A DNA stretch of 64,000 nt from positions 11,388 through 75,387 of the forward strand of contig JACPGU010000002.1 in the NCBI GenBank assembly GCA_016188915.1, given 5' to 3'. Position 1 is the stretch's first letter; each line of letters begins with the position of its first letter. The DNA comes from Candidatus Microgenomates bacterium. Its GTDB lineage: Bacteria; Patescibacteriota; JACPGU01. The position numbers and the translations under genes are program-made. The notes under the pieces were generated by a model. The model was not told the origin of the DNA. It was given only the letters and a program-made list of their open reading frames with translations, and searched no databases. Below, in pieces: positions 46,984 through 57,500 of this stretch.

Positions 46984-48267
46984 CTATCTCATCACAAACA
47001 TCAACACCGCCGCCACCAGCATGACAAAGAAAGTTAGCCAGCCGAGGGAGCGAAGGAGGAGCCCGCTCTGGTATTTACCCATCACTTTTTTGTTTCCGGT
47101 AATTACCGTGATCAGCAGAATGAGAGGCACCGCCACGATACCATTAATGATAGCGGCGTAGATTAGAGCCTGTATAGGATTTACACCCAAGATATTCAAA
47201 AATAATCCGACCAAGGTAGAAACAATAATAACTCCATAGAACCCTTTCGCATCTTGAAATTTCTTTGACAGACCCTGTCTCCAACCGAATGTTTCAGACA
47301 CCGCGTATCCCGCCGAACCGGCCAAGACCGGTATGCCAAGTAACCCCGCGCCGATGATGCCGATGGCAAAAAGTAAATACGCGCCATCTCCGGCCAAAGG
47401 TCGCAACGCTTCCGCCGCTTCTCTGGCGGAAGTTATCTCATGGATGCCGGCGGTAAAAAGTGTGGAAGCGGCAGTGATAACAATAAAGAAAGTGATGGCT
47501 TGCGAGAAAATCATCCCAACAGCGGTGTCGGCATTGACTCGGGAGAAATCTGCCTTTGATACTTTGGGGGCATTCGCCCCTATTTCAGCTAATTTCCCTT
47601 CCGCTACCTCTTCCTCCGCTTCTTCCGATGTCTGCCAGAAAAAAAGATAGGGAGAAATGGTCGTACCGAGGAAAGCAACGACCATCATAATATAGGCGCT
47701 ATTCCACTCAAAGCGCGGGATGAAAAGAGAGCGAAAAATATTCGACCAGTCCTGCGGGATGATAAAAGCCACCAAGACATAGGAGAGAAAAATTACCGTC
47801 AGCCATTTCAATATCTGCACATATTTTTTGTATTTTACAAAAACCTCCAGCAAAATAATAACCAGCGCCACGATAATAGACCAGACCAAGATATTTCCAG
47901 CAAAAAGCATCTGCAGGACCGCTCCGATAGCCGAGATGTCCGCGCCAATATTGATAGTATTGGCGATGATCAGAAGCGCCACCACGAAATAAAGTAGATA
48001 CTTGGAATAATGTTTCTTTATCACTCCTGCCAATCCCATGCCGGTTACCAGTCCCAACCGTCCACACATTTCCTGCACCGCAATCATTAGCGGTAGCTGA
48101 AAAAGCGCCATCCATAATTGCCCCAGACCAAATCTGGCCCCCGCCATAGAGTAGGTCACAATCCCTGATGGATCATCGTCAGAAAACCCGGTGATAACGC
48201 CTGGACCGATGGATCGCCCCACGCGACTCCAAAAGCCACTTTTATTTCTTTGCTCTGATTTTTTCAT
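46984..48267 (-). CDS. mntH: NRAMP-family divalent metal transporter
   Basis: GPGVITGFSDDDPSGIVTYSMAGA; 11-12 TM. Confidence 0.75.
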   Translation of the reverse strand: MKKSEQRNKSGFWSRVGRSIGPGVITGFSDDDPSGIVTYSMAGARFGLGQLWMALFQLPLMIAVQEMCGRLGLVTGMGLAGVIKKHYSKYLLYFVVALLIIANTINIGADISAIGAVLQMLFAGNILVWSIIVALVIILLEVFVKYKKYVQILKWLTVIFLSYVLVAFIIPQDWSNIFRSLFIPRFEWNSAYIMMVVAFLGTTISPYLFFWQTSEEAEEEVAEGKLAEIGANAPKVSKADFSRVNADTAVGMIFSQAITFFIVITAASTLFTAGIHEITSAREAAEALRPLAGDGAYLLFAIGIIGAGLLGIPVLAGSAGYAVSETFGWRQGLSKKFQDAKGFYGVIIVSTLVGLFLNILGVNPIQALIYAAIINGIVAVPLILLITVITGNKKVMGKYQSGLLLRSLGWLTFFVMLVAAVLMFVMR

Positions 48268-49027
48268 AGATATTTTCCCAATTTTCTAAATTTAATTCTT
48301 GTGACCGAATTTTTTCATCCATCCCCATCTTCCCCAGTATAACAAAGATTTTGTCTTTTGTAAGATTTTCGTATCCCGTCAGATTGTTCGCCAACGTTTT
48401 CCGCTTTGAAGAAAACCCTTGCTTGATTAAATTAAAGAAAGTGGTTTGGTCTTTAATTTCATAATTTCTTAATTTCTTAATTTCTAATTTTATTACTGCC
48501 GAGTCCACCTTCGGCGCGGGATGAAACGACTTTTTACTCACAAAAAATTTGATTTCAGCGACGGCAAACATCTGTACCGAAAGGGCGAGCAGATTCATCT
48601 GGGGTGGCTGGGCGCACATCCTCTCCGCTACTTCTTTCTGCACCATAAATGTCATTTCCGATGGCTTATTCTCCATTCCCGAAATAGTCCGCAGGAGAAA
48701 CGAGGTAAGATAGTATGGGATATTAGAAATAATTTTGTAATTTTGTAATTTTGTAATTTTTAAATATTGAAGGATGTCCCCGTTCACCAGTTCAAGATTT
48801 TCCACCTTAGAAAATTTCCTTTGCAGATATTCAAAAAGTTTCTCGTCCTTCTCCACCGCGATCACTTTTTTCGCTTTTTGGCACAAGGCGTAGGTCAGCG
48901 ATCCTTGCCCCGGACCTATTTCCAAAACAATATCGGACGGCTCTATTTCCGCCACTTCAATTATCCGGCGTAAAACTCCTCCATCCGCCAAAAAATTCTG
49001 TCCCAGTTTTGCTCTGTGAGATTTCAT
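48242..49027 (-). CDS. rsmA: 16S rRNA (adenine1518/1519-N6)-dimethyltransferase RsmA/KsgA
   Basis: LGQNFL, EIGPGQGSLT, NIPYYLTS. Confidence 0.9.
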   Translation of the reverse strand: MKSHRAKLGQNFLADGGVLRRIIEVAEIEPSDIVLEIGPGQGSLTYALCQKAKKVIAVEKDEKLFEYLQRKFSKVENLELVNGDILQYLKITKLQNYKIISNIPYYLTSFLLRTISGMENKPSEMTFMVQKEVAERMCAQPPQMNLLALSVQMFAVAEIKFFVSKKSFHPAPKVDSAVIKLEIKKLRNYEIKDQTTFFNLIKQGFSSKRKTLANNLTGYENLTKDKIFVILGKMGMDEKIRSQELNLENWENIYEKIRAKK

Positions 49028-49071
49028 GCTGGCCGTATACTATTTAATTTTTCTAAAAGCTATGCCCTATC

Positions 49072-49116
49072 CGAGGTCGCACCTCCGTCTTCGCTTCGCT
49101 ACGACCGAGGAACGAC
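49072..49116. repeat. Palindromic element family C, copy 4
   Basis: aggtcgcacctccgtcttcgcttcgctacgaccgaggaacgacct. Confidence 0.7.
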
Positions 49117-49177
49117 CTCTTTTTGGATATCTTTAGTGAATCCTAGTTGTTTCTTAATTTCTTAATTTCTTAATTTT

Positions 49178-51082
49178 TTATTTTCTGTGCTCTACTGCGT
49201 CTTCTGGCAGCTCAGAAAGAAATCGTGACGGCAGATTGTTTTGAAAACCTCCATAAAGCAGACGGGTGCGAGCATAAAGTAAAAAAAGTTTTTTGCGCGC
49301 TCTGGTGATACCCACATAGCAAAGTCGGCGCTCTTCCTCTATCTCGTGATCTTCATTCATCGCTTGTCCAGAGGGGAAGATACTCTCTTCCATTCCAACA
49401 ATAAAAACATAATCAAATTCTAATCCTTTGGCTGAATGCAAGGTCAGCAAAGACACCGCGTCTTTTTGGAAATCAGCGTTGTCTAGATTGGTGATGAGCG
49501 CAATGTCTTGCAGGAAAGCGGTGAGCGACTCCATCGGCCCGAGATTATCAAATCTTTGTGCCACGGAAAGCAATTCCCGAATATTCTCCCACCTGCCGTC
49601 CCCTTCTTTCGTTCCGTCCAAAATCATTTCTTTATATCCAGACATTATCGCAACTGCGGTAATGAGTTCCGAAACATTGGTCTCCGCCGCTACATTGCAT
49701 ATTCTTTCGTAAAGATTTTTAAAATTGCCGAGAGATTTTTTACTGCGAGTATCTAGTGGACCCAAGAAATCATCGGTCAGGTCATGAAGATTGGTAAGTT
49801 TTTTGAGATGAGCAAAAGCTGTTTCACCAATGCCTCTGGCTGGCTTATTGATAATCCTTGAGAGCGACACGAAATCCGATGGATTTTGGATGATACGCAG
49901 ATAGGCGATAATGTCTTTGACTTCCATTCTTTCGTAAAAACTAGTCCCTCCTACAATACGATATGGGACAGAGGAATTAAGGAACGCTTCTTCCAGCGCA
50001 CGACTCTGCGCATGCGTCCGGTAAAAAACTACAAAATCGTTGAAAGATGCGTCGCTTTTTCTTCTGACATTTTTTATTTGATCACAGACAAAAATTCCTT
50101 CATCTCTTTCGTTGGTCGCTTCAAAAATACCAATCGCTTCCCCCTCGTTGTTTTTCGTCCAAAGATCTTTGCTCTTTCGCTGACGATTGTTCTCTATCAG
50201 CTTCTGCGCGGCGAGCAATATCTTTTGCGTTGAGCGATAATTTTCTTCCAATTTGAAAATTTTGGTGTCCGGATAATCTTTTTCAAAGTTTAGGATATTA
50301 CGAATATCCGCGCCCCTGAAATTATAAATAGATTGATCGGGATCGCCCACCACGCAGATATTGTTTTTTTCATTGACTAAAAGTTTGACGAGAAGATATT
50401 GCGCGCGGTTAGTATCTTGATATTCATCTACTAATATATAGTGAAAAACTCTCTGATATTTAGCGCGAATTTCTGGAAAGTTCTGCAATATTTCTATCGT
50501 CTTGCCAATCAGGTCGTCAAAATCCAAAGCGTTACTAGCTCGCAATTTTTTCTGATACATCGCGTAGACTTCGGCTACTTTTTCGTCAAAAAAAGTATTG
50601 GCGTAATTTTGGGCAAAATCAATCGGCGAAATAAATTCATTTTTAATACCGGAAATTCTGGAAGCAAAGGCGCGCGGCTTGAACATTTTTTCGTCACTGC
50701 CCAATTCTCTCAAACATTCCTTGATTAGATCCTGCTGATCAGAACTGTCATATATAGTAAAGGAACGATCGTAGCCGATGTGATGAATCTCGCGACGCAG
50801 GATCCTCACGCAAATAGAGTGAAAAGTGCCGATCCACATCGCGCCGATAGGATTGCCCAACAATTTTTCCACTCTCTCCTTCATCTCCCCCGCCGCTTTG
50901 TTAGTGAAAGTAACAGCCAAGATTGATTCTGACTTGATGCCTTGCGCGATAAGGTGGGCGATACGATAGGTAATCACTCTTGTTTTGCCCGATCCGGCGC
51001 CGGCCAAAATCAAAATAGGTCCGTCGATAGTCTCGACGGCTTTTTGTTGTTCTGGATTGAGACTGTCTTGTTTTATTTTCAT
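49178..51082 (-). CDS. pcrA: ATP-dependent DNA helicase PcrA/UvrD (short, 634 aa)
   Basis: LNPEQQKAV, AGAGSGKTRVIT, VDEYQDTN, C-terminal VGITRAR. Confidence 0.9.
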   Translation of the reverse strand: MKIKQDSLNPEQQKAVETIDGPILILAGAGSGKTRVITYRIAHLIAQGIKSESILAVTFTNKAAGEMKERVEKLLGNPIGAMWIGTFHSICVRILRREIHHIGYDRSFTIYDSSDQQDLIKECLRELGSDEKMFKPRAFASRISGIKNEFISPIDFAQNYANTFFDEKVAEVYAMYQKKLRASNALDFDDLIGKTIEILQNFPEIRAKYQRVFHYILVDEYQDTNRAQYLLVKLLVNEKNNICVVGDPDQSIYNFRGADIRNILNFEKDYPDTKIFKLEENYRSTQKILLAAQKLIENNRQRKSKDLWTKNNEGEAIGIFEATNERDEGIFVCDQIKNVRRKSDASFNDFVVFYRTHAQSRALEEAFLNSSVPYRIVGGTSFYERMEVKDIIAYLRIIQNPSDFVSLSRIINKPARGIGETAFAHLKKLTNLHDLTDDFLGPLDTRSKKSLGNFKNLYERICNVAAETNVSELITAVAIMSGYKEMILDGTKEGDGRWENIRELLSVAQRFDNLGPMESLTAFLQDIALITNLDNADFQKDAVSLLTLHSAKGLEFDYVFIVGMEESIFPSGQAMNEDHEIEEERRLCYVGITRARKKLFLLYARTRLLYGGFQNNLPSRFLSELPEDAVEHRK

Positions 51083-52086
51083 TTCAAAGAAAAATAATCA
51101 TAAAGCGTCTTTGATATATTACGAATAGCTGGTATGGCTTCTTCATATACAGCTTCGTTCGTCATAACAACACAGATAAAATTTCCTTTAGGGGAAAATA
51201 TAATACCAGCATCGCTATATACTCCTTCCCAGGTACCTATCTTGTGAGACACCTTTGCTTCTTTGGGCAAATAAAATGGTATCCTGTCTTCAGAAACAGT
51301 GCCTTGCATTGCCTTAATCATTTCTTCATAAGAAGCCTCATCTAAAAATTCTTTCCTATATAAAGATTTGAAAAATTTACCGACATCAAAAGCCGTTGTA
51401 TCGTTGGTATCAAAATCTGTCCCTTCTAAAAATATAGATCTATCAAATTCATTAATTGCCTTAATTCCTAAAAAGCGTGTCATCATAGAAAAAGCAATAT
51501 TATCACTTTGATTGAGCATTCTCCATGTCAAATCCTTAGCATAGTATTGGCCTTCGTCATCTACTGACGACAAAGAACTACCTTGGTCTACCCTGTCCTC
51601 TCCTAATATTTCTATGGAACTGCTGGCTATACTTTTGTCGCTGGAATATTTTTTGTAAAAAGTTCCAGCCACAAAAAGCTTGGCTAGACTTGCCGCGGTC
51701 ATTTTCCTGTCTTGATTTAACCCCACTTCTTCTCCATTAGAAAAATCATAAGCATAAATGCTATATTCTCCTTTTAAAGGAGATACCATATTTACCAATT
51801 CATTGTAGAGCTGTTCTTTGGTGGTAATCAATATTTTGTCGCTTGGGTCATATTTATAATCTGCCAATATCTTTTTTTCAATAGTCTGGTTAAAAGAACT
51901 GGCCGGTAGGGTGTATTTTACCGACCAAAATGGGATACTGGCTACCCACAAAACTATTATTAGACCTATCAAAGATATCAAAAAAATAAATCCATCAAAA
52001 TGAACCAAAGAATCCCTGCCCCCAATCTGGCGCTTTCTTTGAGATTTGAATATAGCATCTATTTTTGGAGATCCTATCCTTCCCAT
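51079..52086 (-). CDS. Membrane-anchored class A beta-lactamase-like serine hydrolase
   Basis: N-terminal TM; SxxK (ASLAKLF), SDN (NQSDNIAF), KTG-like HKIGT. Confidence 0.55.
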   Translation of the reverse strand: MGRIGSPKIDAIFKSQRKRQIGGRDSLVHFDGFIFLISLIGLIIVLWVASIPFWSVKYTLPASSFNQTIEKKILADYKYDPSDKILITTKEQLYNELVNMVSPLKGEYSIYAYDFSNGEEVGLNQDRKMTAASLAKLFVAGTFYKKYSSDKSIASSSIEILGEDRVDQGSSLSSVDDEGQYYAKDLTWRMLNQSDNIAFSMMTRFLGIKAINEFDRSIFLEGTDFDTNDTTAFDVGKFFKSLYRKEFLDEASYEEMIKAMQGTVSEDRIPFYLPKEAKVSHKIGTWEGVYSDAGIIFSPKGNFICVVMTNEAVYEEAIPAIRNISKTLYDYFSLK

Positions 52087-52143
52087 ACTTCGTATTATAC
52101 TACAAACAAAACACCTCTACTGGTGATTTTGTTTGTGTCGCTC

Positions 52144-52353
52144 AAATAGCCACAAGGAGAATCGCTTGTCCCGACTTCTTGCTTTGCAAGAACGTCGGGG
52201 AACTCCTTTCCTAATGCTTTCTAAATAGTTCTTCTTAGTTGAAACAGTAAATAGCCCCAAGGAGAATCGCTTGTCCCGACTTCTTGCTTTGCAAGAACGT
52301 CGGGGAACTCCTTTCCTAATGCTTTCTAAATAGTTCTTCTTAGTTGAAACAGT
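52144..52353. repeat. Two tandem 105-bp repeats, each carrying a copy of the tRNA-Glu 3' end (tagccMcaaggagaatcg) and a 13-bp-stem hairpin
   Basis: Units 52144-52248 and 52249-52353 nearly identical; phase continues into the tRNA at 52354. Confidence 0.85.
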
Positions 52354-52356
52354 AAA

Positions 52357-52428
52357 TAGCCCCAAGGAGAATCGAACTCCTCTTTTCAGCTTGAGAAGCT
52401 GACGTCCTAACCGATAGACGATGGGGCC
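52357..52428 (-). tRNA. tRNA-Glu (anticodon CTC)
   Basis: Acceptor GGCCCCA/TGGGGCT; D-stem GTCT/GGAC; anticodon stem TCAGC-TTCTCAA-GCTGA; T-arm AGGAG-TTCGATT-CTCCT. Confidence 0.8.
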
Positions 52429-52612
52429 ACCGATATAAATTAAAAGATAAAAGGAAAGAGCGAAAAATGATGAAGTGACTTTGCCACGATATATTAAAAA
52501 TTACCAAGAGATGGGGTGGTCATATTTTAGCACAAATCATATCTTTAGCGCTAACTTAAAAGAGCCACACACAGAGCGCGACCCCTTTAACCCCTCCTCA
52601 AAACACTATTTT

Positions 52613-52828
52613 TTAGCCCTTTTTCAACATTGGCAAACCAGTTCTAGGGTTTTCTACTACCTTGTAACCGCCCGGCAAATCGTTAAGAGCACATTTTGGA
52701 TCGATCTTGTCCTTGCCAGAGAACCAATAGATTCTCTGTTTTGTTCCCTTGCTACCCTTTAGAGTCACCTCTTTAGAGTGAAGGAAATAATCTTTGCCGC
52801 TCTTTTTGCTTTTCACAGAGTATGGCAT
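52613..52828 (-). CDS. Small basic hypothetical protein
   Basis: 71 aa, Lys-rich; no recognisable motif. Confidence 0.3.
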   Translation of the reverse strand: MPYSVKSKKSGKDYFLHSKEVTLKGSKGTKQRIYWFSGKDKIDPKCALNDLPGGYKVVENPRTGLPMLKKG

Positions 52829-53000
52829 ATGACCTCCTGTTTAACCCAGGTTTTCCCCAGGCCTTATTAATATTAAACCCATTATACCTGGTGCTAACCT
52901 GGAAGTCAAAAAGAGCATAGTACTCTTTATCCCCTTATAAAAATAAGTCACCAAAAGTGACCCGGATTAGCTCTTTGGCGTATTGTATATCGCGCCACCC

Positions 53001-54236
53001 TTATTGATAGCTATAAACATCCACTAGCTCACCGCTGGCATTGCGCAAATAGGCTGGTTCACCGATTCTGTCCCAGACAGGAGCCGTATCAGTAAGAAAA
53101 CTAAAACCACCTTTATTGGTATTTATTCTAATGGTCTGTCCTGGTTGAATAAGAAAACCTGGAAAAGTAAAAACATGGCCATCGGAATCTCTTACTGTCC
53201 ATCCGGCCAGGTCTTTTTCTCCGTCTCCTGTGTTGCGAACTTCTACATATTCATCTTGACCCTCACCATTGATGTCCAGACTATATAGAATATAACTAAC
53301 AATAATCTTGGATGGGTAGATGATTATTGGCGGCGGATCATTATTGCCCCCATCATTATCGCCTCCACCATCGCTTCCATTGCCATTACCATTGCCATTA
53401 TCGCCTCCGCTGTTATCGCCTCCTCCATTATTCCCATTACCACCACCTCCACCATTATCATTCTCATTGTTCCCGCTGCCATTGCTACCATCATCATTAC
53501 CGCTATCGCTATCATCGTTATTATAGTTTACCGAGATAGATTCGCTAGTAGAGCCATCTTCGTCAGAAGCTACTATATCAATAGTATTATCTCCCGGATC
53601 CAATATTATTTCCGCCTCAAAATGGCCATCGTCATCAACTGGGGTATCTTGTCCATCTATCTCTACCGTTGCTCCAGGATCGGTATCGCCAATGACAGTA
53701 ATATTAGGATCAATGACTACGCTTTCATCATTTGGCGACGATATCACCAACTCTGGACCTGGTCCTACTATATATTCTATTGTCTCATCAATGATGGTTG
53801 CTTCTGTCCCATCGGATCTTTCCTCTCTGACTAGTAAATCATTTTCGCCCGGGTTAAGATCGATGACAAATGAAAATGAACCATCGGGGTTGATAATTAG
53901 ATTGTCGGCGTCTATCAATAGCCCATCTAAAAATATTTTTATTTTAGAATCTGAGTTACCTAATTGTCCATTTATATCCAAGGGAGAATCATAAACTACT
54001 CTATTCTCCGGATCAAAGGCTTGTCGGCCACGGAAAGGATTAAACCAAATGAGTCCCAACAGAAGGAGTAGTGGCAAAAGGCAGCCGAAGAAGAAGGGGA
54101 TGATAGGCAAACGCCTTTTATCTTTTCCCTCCTCTTTTTTCTTGCGACGCTTTTCTACCAATTCTTCCAGATTTTTTATTTCTTCTTTTGGCATTCTATT
54201 TTTGTTTGCTACGCTATTAATAACAATATAGCACAA
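53001..54236 (-). CDS. Membrane-anchored surface protein with Gly/Asn/Asp-rich linker and C-terminal lamin-tail domain (LTD)
   Basis: N-terminal TM; LTD-like EYVEVRNTGDGEKDLAGWTVRDSDGHVFTFPGFLIQPGQTIRINT. Confidence 0.55.
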   Translation of the reverse strand: MCYIVINSVANKNRMPKEEIKNLEELVEKRRKKKEEGKDKRRLPIIPFFFGCLLPLLLLLGLIWFNPFRGRQAFDPENRVVYDSPLDINGQLGNSDSKIKIFLDGLLIDADNLIINPDGSFSFVIDLNPGENDLLVREERSDGTEATIIDETIEYIVGPGPELVISSPNDESVVIDPNITVIGDTDPGATVEIDGQDTPVDDDGHFEAEIILDPGDNTIDIVASDEDGSTSESISVNYNNDDSDSGNDDGSNGSGNNENDNGGGGGNGNNGGGDNSGGDNGNGNGNGSDGGGDNDGGNNDPPPIIIYPSKIIVSYILYSLDINGEGQDEYVEVRNTGDGEKDLAGWTVRDSDGHVFTFPGFLIQPGQTIRINTNKGGFSFLTDTAPVWDRIGEPAYLRNASGELVDVYSYQ

Positions 54237-54557
54237 TAATTATTTTTTAAAAGGTTAAGCTAAATCTTATAACTGAGAGACTTGGATTCTGCCGGCATCC
54301 GCCAGGCGGGAAGCGAATGTTGGGCGAACCTTTTACAGCTGACTTTATTGAATGAAATCCGAACTTTTTTTCAGGAAAATTCGGACTCCGAATAAATTTG
54401 CGGGGCGTCCTGTGGGGGTAGGATCGCCCCGCCTGAATCTTTACCCGCCTCTGGAGGGCCCAAAATCCAAAAACTTGTCCGCCTCCTCGGGAGGATTTCC
54501 GCCATCGTTTTCATCTTGATTTTGGAAATCGGAACACTTTTTAAATTTCTTTGTTTG

Positions 54558-57500
54558 TTACTCAACAATATTATCAATATTGTCCACTTTTTTAGGATTA
54601 TTGGCATCAAAGTCTTCTGCCCTCTCCCAGTCTATAGGTGTTACATTTACAACCGTTCCACTGTCTTCATCAAATTCAATAATAGTATCTTTTATTCTCC
54701 ATCTTTTATCAATTTTTAATTTATCTCTAAATAAATCTGCCAGTTCTTTATTCTTTTCAGAAACATCTTGAATTATCGCATTTATCTTCTCATCGCTAAA
54801 TTTACCAGATTCCCTTAAATGCTTTTCAAATTTTCTTCCAGAAATTCCTTCTACTTTTTTCATAAGAAGATAGCTACCATCAACTTCTTTTTTCCCAGAC
54901 ATAAAACCAACCGGTTCTGCCGTAGGCAATCCCACCTTTTTCGCCGATATTAATATAGAAAATTCTTTTCTAGATTCTTTGGCTTTGCGAAGTTCTATTT
55001 TTTTTGCTACTATTTCTGTTCCATCGCTTAATTCAAAAGAGATAATTTCCTCATCTGGATATTCTCCTTCGCCTTTGCCACCCTTTAGCAAAGTACCACT
55101 TTCAGCAAAAAACTTTTTTGGGTTTTCAATAAATTCTTTTGGTAATAAATCCAAGTACTCCTGTCTTATCCTTATGGAATAATTTTCAGAATCAACGCCG
55201 ACATTACCAGATGGTTCATGATACAGTTTTTCTTGCAACCAATAGTGGCGAGCAATAGCTTGCTTTATCATCATATAGTAGAACTGTTCTTCGGGGCTTG
55301 TTGGTTGTGCGATATGGTGAATTTTTCCAGTTTCTTCGTCAATAATTAACCCCTCGGCTGTATTTTCTGTTTTGGCATTATGCTCAATATATTCAATAAT
55401 TTCCGATCGAGCATTTTCTGGGATACCTTTAACACGTCTATGTACACTTGGAGCAGAGAGCAATCTAATCCTTCTCTCAATATCTTCGTCATCAAAATCC
55501 ATCACTCTCATTATTTGTTCAGGTATTGTGCCTGTATATCCAGTATCATAAAAAAGAGGGTCAGCATCGGGGGTAATTCTTTCTTGTTCAAGAAATTGAC
55601 GCTTAGTATCATAATCAAGATTGTCTCTAAAATATCTAGGGTATACAAGATATTGAGGATTTATTTCAATTATGTCCCCCATTTTTTGCAACTTTTTTCT
55701 GCCCTCAGGTCCAAGCTTTTTGCGACGCGCTATATCCTGCGCCCATCTTCCTATCCATGCATAAACACCATCTCTTCCAAGAAACACTTCGGTCGGATAA
55801 CGACCTGTTTCACGAAGATTATCAAATTCCTCATATAGCTTATCGTATAGGGGAATGTCCACTTCGTGAACTTTAATATATTTTTTAAATCCCTCCTCCA
55901 AAACACCGTCCATATTATTTAGCGATTCTCGTAAATCAGAAATGCGATTTAAGTCGCCTCCTATACTTTGCACAAGGTATCTTATTGCAAAATATTGAAG
56001 ATTATTTGATAAATCAAAGAATGGAGTCATTTTTACAGCCAACGATTCTGGACTAGCCAAGGCTTTTTTATCATCATCATTAATTTTAGAATTGGATTGA
56101 AATCTTGTAATAAATTTTTCGTAAGATTCTTTTATTTTTTCATTTATTTTTGCGAGCAGTGGCTCTATTTCAGATTGATTAATGTTCAGATCTTTCATCC
56201 TTCTCGGATTTATTTTTCCTCTCATTATATCAGTTAGGGCGTCAGTTAAAACTGCTTGTTGTTTATTAAAAACCCAAGGATTATTTTCATAAGGGTTACT
56301 TTCCCTGAAACCCTCACTTCCATGACTATAGCTATAATCATGTTCTCCATCGCCAAATTGCGCTCCGTGTTCAGCTAATGTTTTATTCGCTTTTTCAATA
56401 ACATCCTGCACCCATGGTTCGTTCTTCCACGAGAAATTCTCTATGCCATTAATAAACTTATTCGCTACAGAATAATGCGAAACAGCGACAAGCATTCCTT
56501 TACCCGCCCATTCTTTATCATGGTAGTTGCCTGCGTTCTCCAAAAAATAGTCAGCTAAATCATCATTGGATTCTAAGTTATCCAGAATCATCTCTATTGC
56601 TTTTTCGGAGGTTAAGGGCATAGGAAGGAGTGTATCAAAATCTTTTCCAAGATGCTTAACAAACGAAATTAAATTGTTAGGATTTATTTTAGACGCACAT
56701 TCTTCATCGGATTGTCGCATGTCTGATAATTGAAATACTCCTTCTGACAAATTAAATGACTTTTTTATTTCTAAGGCCTCGCTAATTTCACCGGCAGATG
56801 CTTTATTGAGCACAGCCTTTTTCGCAGCTTCTTGGATCTCGGGTAGCTTAATGACTTCTACGAGAAGATAATTGAATGCACTTTTTATTCTGTTCGTAGT
56901 ATTGATATCGCCAGACGACAGCTTATCTATTAACACTTTTTTTGCGGCTTCCTGGATTATCAAATCTGAGATATTAAATATCTTTAGTATTTTTTCGACA
57001 TTTTGAGTGTCAACATTGGCTAATGAATCCATTAGGCTTCCTTTTATAGCTTCTTTGGTTTCCTCAAGATCTGGGTTTTTTTCAATTTCCTCTTTTGAAT
57101 ATAGGATATAACCATTAGATAGGTCCTCAAGTATTTTATTTTTTATTGCTTTTTGAATTATGTCCCCCGATACATTTAATTCATTCTTTATTCTAATTGC
57201 CCAAGAGAATGCGCGTTTCTCCACCATCAAAATTATCTCTTTCTTTGCAGCTTCTTGAAATTCAGGTGAGTCAGCAAAATCACGGGGAATATTTAATGCC
57301 TTTATTATTTCAAAGTAATGACGAACATCTTCAGTATAATAGCCACCATGACCTAGCTTTCTTATTAATCCTTCTCTTACAGCTTCCTGGACTTCAGGTA
57401 AATTACTAAAGCCCTCGGGAAGACCAAGCTCGTTTTTTATTTTAATGACGTCATAGACATCGCCATTACTCACTTTGCGATATAAACCTTCCTCTAAGGC

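Noticed and set aside
47708-48115. 135-aa alternative-frame ORF inside mntH
   Set aside because: It is an out-of-frame overlap with a strongly supported NRAMP transporter gene.
52117-52365. 82-aa ORF with a perfect internal protein repeat
   Set aside because: It is simply the translation of the two 105-bp tandem DNA repeats next to tRNA-Glu, not a gene.
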